In this document: in pieces, positions 55,192-64,000 of the stretch
How the letters are laid out: every line of letters begins with the position of its first letter
Numbering within the stretch: the first letter of the stretch is position 1
Assembly: GCF_036321535.1 (NCBI RefSeq)
Contig: NC_087438.1
Coordinates: forward strand, 9,612,001 to 9,676,000
From: Camelus dromedarius
Taxonomy: Eukaryota
DNA: 64,000 bases
Reading direction: 5' to 3'
Position numbers and translations under genes: made by a program
The notes under the pieces: generated by a model
What the model was told of the DNA's origin: nothing
Seen by the model: the letters and a program-made list of their open reading frames with translations, nothing else
Databases searched by the model: none

Positions 55192-55576
55192 TTTTTTTTT
55201 TTTGACAGGAAGGTAGGATTTATTGGTAGTTATGAGTAAGGAGGGGACAGCACCAAGACTCTCATGAGTGAAGGGCCCACCATTTGTCCAGGGGAGCACC
55301 ATTAGGGATATATTTGGCCCAACAGCCATCTGGGATGAACTACTTTTCTGCCATCATGTTTTCAAATTCATCTGCATTAAACTTGGTAAATTCCCACTTC
55401 TTCAAGATGTGAGTCTTCTGGTGTCCAGGGACTTGAACTTGGCCCTGTATAGGGCCTCAAGCACATGCTCCTTGTTCTGCAGCTTGGTGCAGATGGACAT
55501 GATGACTTGGCCAATGTGGACCCTGGCCACTATGCCCTGGGGCTTTCCAAAGGCACAATGCATACCCATCTGAAGA
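55192..55576 (-). pseudogene. RPL10: RPL10 (uL16) partial processed pseudogene: last two exons spliced, 3'UTR, poly(A)
   Basis: Translation [48 protein letters not shown], then a 1-nt frameshift, then [54 protein letters not shown] matches RPL10 aa ~111-214. Premature TAG at 55340-55342, stop at 55262-55264, AATAAA at 55219-55224, poly(A) at 55192-55203. Confidence 0.95.
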
Positions 55577-55620
55577 CTAGGTTGGGGACAGTATGCCAGA
55601 CATGAATGTCCACTGGAAAG

Positions 55621-55754
55621 AGCTGCCTTCAAGGTCCCTTAGGGCAACCCATACAGGTAACAGGCTGCATACACTACCGAAGAGAAGACAGTTTGCAACC
55701 ACTGCACACTGGATCCCACGAGGAAAAAAGCACAGTCAGCTTAATTGATGGCAG
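55621..55754 (-). ncRNA. SNORA70: SNORA70 (U70) H/ACA snoRNA retrocopy, probably non-functional
   Basis: Minus strand ctgccatcaattaagctgactg...ccagtgtgcagtggttgcaaac...ggtagtgtatgcagcctgtt...tgtatgggttgccctaagggaccttg matches U70 over 134 nt. The ACA box reads GCA (55624-55626) and the H box is degenerate. Confidence 0.9.
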
Positions 55755-56244
55755 AGACAACAAGCTCTTTAAATTGCCTGCACAGTTCTCAGCATATACT
55801 AGGCATTTCGTACACAATAAAATTGATTTGTGAGATTTAATTCTCTACAAAATTTTACTTAAAATAATCATTAGCTATATCACATGATTGAGCATAGCTT
55901 GGCAAGAGAATATTCTTCCCATGTGTGTTAAAATTATCTTATACAAGAATATTCTACAAGAATATAAGGTAAGGCGAGGATTTTTTCTCACGTCCTTAGG
56001 AGGGCACTTAACTAAGTCAACAACTATATTAGGTTTTGTAGTCATTCTTAGGAAATCTGACTTCATGACTTAAAAGTGGCCAACAATTTTTGGCACCTAT
56101 GCCATGAGAACATATGCTTTTGAACAGCCTGGAAGAAATGTGAAAAGTTTTGGGGAAACTGAGAATCGGAAAGGATGACTTCACTCCTTTACCTCTCACT
56201 CGATTGTCTGTTTCTACCTCCAGTTGCTCCCAAGTCTCTAGGAA

Positions 56245-56575
56245 ATTTGGGTCAATCTTTGTGTTCAGTCATTGATTCCATAAGTCATTCATGCTATTTT
56301 GTGCCAGGCACTCAGCTGAGACAGACCCATTCACGAAACTGCTGAGAGACCTACCTTCATGTTATTTTATTCTAGTGGTAGAGACATAAATAAACATGTT
56401 GTAAACAAAAAGATAAATGCAAACTGTCATAAGTTCTAGGAAGAAAATACCCGAAACAGACAATAAGATGGGGACCTAGTTAACTAGGGTGATCAGAAAT
56501 GACTGCCCCGAAATCTGAATGTTAAAAAATAAACAAGCCATGCAATGAGGCTGGCAAGGAACATTCCAGGCAGAT
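56245..56575 (-). mobile_element. L2 3' relic
   Basis: gtgccaggcact...ttctagtggtagagacataaataaac...ggaacattccaggcaga. Confidence 0.7.
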
Positions 56576-56987
56576 ATTGGTGCCCTCAAAGCTGGACCTT
56601 ATCCTTCCGTATCTATTTGTACTAGAAGGAAAATCAAGAATTCTTCAGCACACTATCTCTAATGATAGAACTTCAAAGAGTTGATTGTTCTCTAAAAAGA
56701 TATTTAAGCACCTTCCCAGCATCACTTAAATGACACCACAAGCCAATTTTGTAGACATTTTCAGTCGTATTCATATGAATATATACAGAAAAGTAGATGC
56801 CTCAGTATATTGACAGTTAATCAGGAAAAAAAAAAAAAGTAAGTCTCAATGAACTCTGTATTACAGCCCAAGGCTGTTTGATTACATTTTCAGTGAATGG
56901 ACCAAATTTTTGTCTAAAATGTCAAATATTTCCTACCCATTCCACAATAGACAGAAATCTTTCTTATACTATTTATTCAACAGTTAC

Positions 56988-57671
56988 TGTGACTAGCTAG
57001 CCCCAGGTCCTTCTTAGGGTTTCCCTACTGAGGAATGACCTTAGGCACTCCTGTTCTGTGTCATGGAAGGAGCCTTTCCTTCCACGTCCCAGAGTCAGAC
57101 ACATGATTGAGCCACAGGCAGAAATACACAAAGGCAGAGGGTTTCTCGGGGGACCAATGATGAAGCCTACTCTATATAGCCCTGCCTAAGCAGAGGAAAG
57201 CTGGACTTAGCTGAGTTAACCAGAGTTTCCCTCTTGGAAATAAATAAAGAATCAAAAAGTGAGCAGCAAGAGCTAAAGCTGAAAGTAACTGGGCAAGCCA
57301 AAGTAATAAAGGGCCTGCAAAGCCAGATGCTATGGGGGGCAGGTGGGGAACGGAAACAGAGAAGATGCTGATGCCAGAATGCGTCAGTAGGAAGATGGTC
57401 ACGCACAAGGAGCGAAGACCAGCGGAGCACATGAGTGGGGGGGCATTAGTGTGGGCGTCAGTCAGTCCAGCTGCTTAAATCCCTGCAGCAGCCTCAGATT
57501 CAGTCCCAGCCTTGGTTAGGGTTAGACACAGGGTTCCCGTACTTAGATTCCTAGAACATCCCTGCTTCCCTTATTGCCACATGGGTCCTCACAATAAACA
57601 CAGCTTGGTCCTCCCCTGTTCACTGAGTAGGAATGACTAAGACTATCCTTTGACACAAAGAATGCCTAACA
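56988..57671 (+). mobile_element. Old ERVL-type solo LTR (LTR33/41-like)
   Basis: TG start, gacacatgattgagcc motif, AATAAA near 57593 and an ...aaagaatgcctaaca end. Confidence 0.45.
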
Positions 57672-58160
57672 GAAATATGCCCCAATTGCCAACCTTTCCC
57701 CTTTGGAAACAATGAGACAATGAAAATGTTACTTATGTAGCTATCATTGCTAAATCTCCAGAGCCTAAAGCAGTGGCTGGCTGGTACCTAGTAAGCGCTC
57801 AGTAAATGTTTGTTTCATAAATGAATTGATGACTGATTAAAAGAAATAAGAAATAACAACAGATGTTATTCATTATTTTTTAAAAATGATGTTCCTCTAT
57901 TCTCAAACCAATGCCTCTATAAAAAAAAATGAAGTTTTAGAAAAAAACACAGAAATATCATTTTATATCACAATTTCTACAATAATGTACCTTCAGAGGC
58001 AGAGAAATGTTAAGAAATCAGTTCAATATTTTTAGGTCTAAGCTGAGATACAAATAGTGAAAAATGAGCCTCAGAACAAAGTCTAATCTACTCTGTTCCT
58101 ATCATTGAATGTACAAAAGTTGTCCCCTGCTTTCTCCAACAGTGAAAGGTGGACTACTCT

Positions 58161-58270
58161 GGGAAGGAAGGATAGAAGGATGAGAGGGAGGCAGGGAGGG
58201 AGGAAGGGGGACAGGAAGAGAAGGTGGGAGGGAGAGTGGGAGGAAGGGCAGGAGGGAAGAAGGAAGGACT
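58161..58270 (+). repeat. Purine-rich low-complexity (GGAA/GGGA) tract
   Basis: gggaaggaaggatagaaggatgagagggaggcagggagggaggaagggg... Confidence 0.8.
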
Positions 58271-61200
58271 AAGGATCCTGTATTGTCCTCAAGTCCCTTC
58301 CCCTTTACCACTTATCTATCTTTTCACCTCCCTCCTCCCCACCTTTGATTACACATAGCAGAGAAATTATACAATTATCTTTTCAGGGAGGCCTGTCACC
58401 CCAGAAGTGGAGACATGTTCCCTGCGCTTCAGAACCCTACTCCTCTCAGACTGCCTCACTCTGTTCCCCATGAGCTCTGACAATTAAGTCAAGGTCGTAC
58501 ACTAATGTAAATGAGAAATAAATTGAAAATTTTGAGTTTAGAGTGTTTAGATTGGAACAGACACTGGTCTTTCTTCCTTTCTTATTTTGTTTCTTAAATC
58601 ATTTTTCCCTGCACACATAGGGTAAACTGAGAAGGAAAGCTCACCATCTTCCCACTGAAACAGCCCTGAGTTTAGAAAACACTCCTTCATGGAGTTGATT
58701 AAACCAGGGAAGCAAATATTCATAGCTTAGGTTTTTATGCTTATGAGTTCTATTTTTCAAAGAATTTTTGGATTAGTTCAGCTTAAGGGTGGTGTTTGAT
58801 GGACAGCGTTAAATGAAACCCACAGATAAGAAGTAGTCCCTAAGTGATCCTTATGTCAAACTTGAGAAAAGAACGGAGCTTTGAGTCCATTTCATCTAAG
58901 CAATTTCTACTAGAAGCTAACAGTATAAAAGCAGGTTGGCAAATTAGCATAAAAACAAAAGCATATTGAGATACAAATTGTCATTTTCTTGGCTTCATTC
59001 AGCCCTAGATATCAGAGGTCCTCCTAGAGATGTTGAACATGACAATTCATAGCAGGTAATAAACATAAGTTATCCCTTGAGCTCTCTGTGACTTGTTCTA
59101 ATTGTTTAATTGTAAAATAAAATCAGTGCTCTCTAACTACATCCAAATAAAATATTTTAGCTATCAACTATAGATGAATTTCTTCTGCAGTATTTTATTC
59201 TGAAAAGACAAAGTTATTTGTTAAAAAAAAAAAAAAGAACCTCTTGTTTTTGTTCCCTACGTGGATGCATAATCACACAATGTAGCAAAACTATTCTTTA
59301 AAGTTGCAAAGGAATAGCAATAAAAAAAAAAAAGTCCTCCAAATTTATTTTTCCCCCTTTGAGCTTTAAAAAAATGGTCAAACTAATTTTTTTTTCCCAA
59401 AACATTGCTCCTGGGCTTAATAGCTTGTACGTAAGTTACATTGCAGCCTTGGAGGGAAATTTGACAACTGAGCTGTACTCAGAAAAACAATGCTATAACG
59501 GAGAGCTTAAAGTTGTTAGCTACAACTGTACTGTAGTACACAACAATAACATGAATTATGTGTGCATTTTTTGTAGTCAATTTGGGGAACAAAAAGCATG
59601 TCTATATGTGCAAATTATCAATCTTTACAAAGAGCTCCTTCCTTCGGTTCACCTATATGTGCATACATAATGCCAAAGTAAATACTATGCCATTAGTGTA
59701 ACTCATTAAATACATACCAAAGGGGGAAAAAGGAGAGTGTAGTGCAGACATTGTGCAGCATTTAATGTTTTCCAAATAATGACCTGCTGCTATTGAGTTG
59801 ATTAAATGATGGTAAGACAATTTTATATGTAAACATAAAACCAAAATGATAAGAACAATAAAAACAAATCTCCCTTAGAAGGGCTCATACCTGGGGTTAG
59901 TACTCATATTTCTCATTGACAGCCTAAATTTAGACTTTTGTTTGTTTGTTTATAGTCTGAGAAGAATTTTCCATGCTGATTCCAGAGTCTCGCACAAAGT
60001 AGATCAGATAGTGCCCCCCTATGGCAGACAGTAATAGCCGAAGAAGGTTAGCTCCAGGTCACTGCCAATCAGTGCCCCAAGGCAGGGAGGCAGTTATAAC
60101 CCAGGGATGCCATGAATAACAGAAACATCTAGCAGCACTCTCCAAACATCCCTAAACTAATTCCCAAACAATGGAGGACAGTTTTCTCAGTAATTACTTG
60201 CCCCGAATGGAGGAGCAGGGCACAGGGCATTCCAACCTTGCCCTCAGGGCAGATTGCATGGGATCTGTTGTAGCTTCTCCACACAAACTCCCAGACTTTG
60301 GGCAAGTTACTTAAACTCTGCTTGATGAAGTCTTTTCATCTGATTGTGGTTGCAACAAGGTTATGATACGATTTATTTTCCTGTATGGCAGGCTAATTAA
60401 TCATACAAAGATGCTATAATCTTAAAGCAAAAAAAGCAAAATGTAAAACAGATCCCAAACTCACAAATATGTATATATTCTATGTGTTTCTAAATTTGTT
60501 TTAAAACATCTTGTTAAAAAATACAAAAAAAAAAAATGCATGCAATCATATCTGGGTGGTGGGAGTCCTAAGCAAGGGAGAGAGATGTCAGGGCTAACAG
60601 ACTTTTCACGTAGGAAAGAGAAGTGAGCTTCTGGTGGGGGAAGGAAACAATACACACAAAAAGGAGAAGCTGCCAGAGAGAGAAGATGACTTTGGCCAGC
60701 TAACTTCCCTGTGCTGGAGGGGTGCCTGGAGGACCAGGAGAAGGAGAGAGGAGCCACAATTAGGAAGTGACTGCAATGTCAGGAGAGAATTGGGTAGATA
60801 CAGAACCACAGGAGTGTCCAAAATTGGGCTCTATCATTTACTGAATTCTATGAATACATCCTCCATTACATCTCCACCTACTCTTGTGTTTTGTTTTGTT
60901 TACTTCCTCCAACAACAATTGTGAAATTATTTATTTTGTATGAAATACAAATGTATGAAATATAAAATAAATTGGTTTTGTTTCTTTTTTATGTATTTGG
61001 TTTTGTTTCTTTTTTTATGTATTGAAATATAGTCTCAGGTATACAGCAAAGTGATTCAGACTTTTTTTTATTTTTCAAAGTAAAGAGTCTGGCTCCACTT
61101 TGTGATGAATAATTACTCAAAGCTTTCAAGCCTCACATCAGCATTTTCTCTTGTCCACATCTAGGGGAACTGATAGGAAGCCCACGTTTTCCGCTCCTGG

Positions 61201-61489
61201 GTGCCAGTGGGAAGTTCAGAACATGCAACCCCCGGCTCACTCACAGGAACTCCCTTCCCACAATAAAAATCCAAACTCACTTTTCTTTGCTCTCACAATT
61301 CATTTCAGATTTGCCTGGGAGCCTGCCCTGTGTTCCCAGAAAGCTCATTATGTGAGTAATGAATTTTTCAGACTCTCTGGGTGTCTGTGTGGCCTCTAGA
61401 CATCTCACCAAGTGTGGGTGGGTGGTCAGTCCTGTCCCTCCACAGGGGAACCGCAAGACAGCAAGTATTTATGTGGGACATGTTTCTAG

Positions 61490-62760
61490 AAGTAGATTTA
61501 CAACACCAACAAGCAGTATAATGTCCCATTTTTCCACATCCTTACTGACTATGAGTGTTTTTTTTTTAATCTTTTGCATTCTGATGAGCCGAAAGGGAAA
61601 ATAAAGATAGAATTTAATTACATTAACCTGTAATTCTCTGTTTAATGAAGAGTTTGACACTCTTTCCATCTATTTTCTAGCCATTTGCAATTCTTTTACT
61701 ATGTATTGTTTGCATTCTGTTCTTATTTTTCTGCATGTGGAAATACTTTATTAAGAATACTGGTCTTTTTATGATTGGACTACTGCATTTTATTGATTCT
61801 TATTTTGTGGTTGGCTTTATTCCTTTGATAACTACGTAAGTTTAAAAAGCTAAAGCTCTAATCTTTTCTTGGAAACAATGATCAGTACATATATGTAAAC
61901 TTAAAAAAATGCAGTATATTGTATATATGTATTTACATGCAATAGAATGTATATGTGCAGTCAAGCTGTAATAATTCTACCTAAAATAACTGAAAAAGGG
62001 AAAAAAAGGATATTAGTCTTTATCTGTGGTGTATATTGCAAATATTATCTTATTCTAATTTTAATCTTTTAACTTTGTTTACAGTGTCTTTTTCTGAAGG
62101 CAAATTTTTTATTTTTATATAGTTAAATCATTCAACTCTTTTCATTTTATCTTTTTGGTATTCAGTCACATTTAGGAAGGACTTCTACATCTTAAGATTA
62201 TAAATTTGCTTTTCTATACTTTCTTTTAGAAATTTTATAGTTTTAGCTTTTTGCATTTATACATTTAATTCATTTGAAAGTAATAGTTTAATATGCTGTG
62301 ATGTAGTACTTTATTTTTTCTTAATAAGTGCCTAGTTATTTTAATACCACTTAGTAAATAATCTGAATTTTCTTGCCTGATTTAAAATATCAGTTTTATC
62401 ATATACAAAATTTCCTTATTCTTAATACACACACACATTTCTGTGCTTTGTTTTGTTTCCTTCATCTATGTGACTATCCATTGCTTAAAAAAATAAATCT
62501 ATTATTCAAAATTTAATTGTAATCTATTAGGGTATCCTCCCCTCTTCCCCAGGATTTTTTCCCAAATTTCAAAATTTTCTAGACTATTATTTGCAGTAAA
62601 CTTTAGCATTAGCTTGTCAGATTCTATGCAAATTTCTTTAGTGTTTATTTCCGCCATTGCTTTTTTAGGTTAATTTTTAAAAATATGATATCATATTTAG
62701 TCTTTCCATTTAAGATATAGAATAATTATTTATTTACTTTTTTTTACAATTCCTAGAGTT
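61490..62760 (-). mobile_element. Ancient L1 (L1ME-like) relic, interrupted around 61735-62008
   Basis: caccaacaagcagtataatgtcccatttttccacatcc, ttgcaaatatt, aaattttatagttttagc, catttgaaag. Confidence 0.7.
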
Positions 62761-64000
62761 AATCTGACATGTCCTAGATTCTAATAAGTGCATATTTACA
62801 CATTTACTGTTTCTAAATACAGAATACATATCACTTGCATATGTTTACGGCAGCATTATATATGTATATGTTTGTGGTAACATTTCTTTTTATTTTTTCT
62901 AAATGCCATGTTTAAATTGTAGGTAGCATTTTAGAGTCAAGAAAATGTTGTGCCTAACAGAAAAAAATAGCATTTCTTTAAATATTTTCGAAATATTATT
63001 AGATGTTTTATGTACTTTTTGATACTCTTTTTGGTTTATATCTGACTACCTTCATAAGAGTTGGGTATTATTTTATTGTACAAAATCTACTTTAAAAGTT
63101 TGAATTGTATTTCTACTCTATTTAGTAATCAGCAGAGAATCTTGTTATGATCAAACATTGTTTAGCAATCACTTGTTTTATAAACTTGATGTGCATAGAT
63201 TAGATTTTCTTAAATAAAAAATCTCCTAGACTCCTTTATTAATGTTTCCCATCAACAGTCTGCCCACAAATCAATATTCATGAAACAATTGACTTTTGAA
63301 TTTTTCGAGCCCTCTATATTGCAATCAGTGGCATTGGTGTTAGGGAACAACCGATTAAGGAAAGCCGATGTTATGACAAGAGCATCCGGGATTTGATGAC
63401 AGAACCATCCTCGTTATTAAGTCTACATGTCCTCAGGTCAATGAGGCCCAAGTAAATTAGAAGCCAGGATTCCATAATTAGGAGCAGATAAGTCCAGCCA
63501 ATATCAATATGTGGCAACAAAGTTAATCTCTTTCTAATACAGGCTTAACCTGCTGGTTTTTAAATCAGAAAAAAAATTTTTACATGCCCTTTTAATGCTT
63601 CTCTGAACTGATGCCATAGGGGAGGTCTAGGATCTAGGAAGTAACAATAATTCTATTTTGAAGTATCAGGAAGTTTCCTGAGATCTCACAATACAGGACT
63701 GCAAAGGAATTATGTTAATAGCAATAATCCAGATATTTCAGCCCCTTTAAAACTTTATCTACCTCTAAGAATTTTGGAGCAGATCTCCCACTTAGAGCCA
63801 TGAGGAATTCTGCTTAGTTACATAAAACTTCCACTGTTTCTGCCATCTGCCTCTGTGGGACTTTTTCTACCTTCTCCCTCCAGGGCTGCTCTAGGTGCCT
63901 GGGAGCTCCTGGAAACCAGACTTGTATGCCTGAAGCTAAGCAGGAAGACGATGTTGTTCTCCTGGGATGTAGGAGATGAAACTATCTTCTCCGGGAGCCG

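Noticed and set aside
55402..55632. 76-aa ORF as a functional RPL10 paralog
   Set aside because: Its N-terminus derives from snoRNA/intron sequence, the first ~110 codons are missing, and there is a frameshift and a premature stop.
60009..60026. CTCF-like motif (GCCATAGGGGGGCACTA)
   Set aside because: It has several mismatches in the core, too weak to call without a PWM score or ChIP data.
1..64000. CRISPR arrays, prokaryotic operons or defence systems
   Set aside because: The sequence is mammalian. I saw no regularly spaced repeat-spacer arrays or dense coding ORFs.

Overview
This is AT-rich, repeat-dense mammalian non-coding DNA (intergenic or intronic). It is most likely from a camelid, because it carries a Vic-1-type tRNA-derived SINE and artiodactyl-style L1 3' ends, and I saw no Alu, B1, Bov-tA or PRE elements. 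I could not recognise any intact protein-coding gene. Most ORFs in the track fall in decayed transposons or look like chance ORFs. The window is dominated by MaLR (MLT1) solo LTRs, L2/MIR relics, hAT-Charlie DNA transposons (including a Cheshire-like transposase remnant) and L1 insertions with visible target-site duplications (TSDs). The most informative element is a minus-strand retrocopy at 55192-55755. It begins at the 5' end of the H/ACA snoRNA SNORA70 (U70), runs through the retained 3' end of the host intron, then through spliced RPL10 3' exons, the 3'UTR, AATAAA and poly(A), and is flanked by a TSD. It records a snoRNA-headed, polyadenylated RPL10 processing intermediate; this retrocopy class is known in other mammals. 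Other oddities are an unexplained 88-bp segment present twice about 20.5 kb apart, a poly(A)-only insertion with a 14-bp TSD, several nested transposon insertions and RFX X-box-like palindromes. I found no convincing wholly new biological system. Repeat subfamily names come from remembered consensus sequences, and boundaries are approximate unless a TSD is given.
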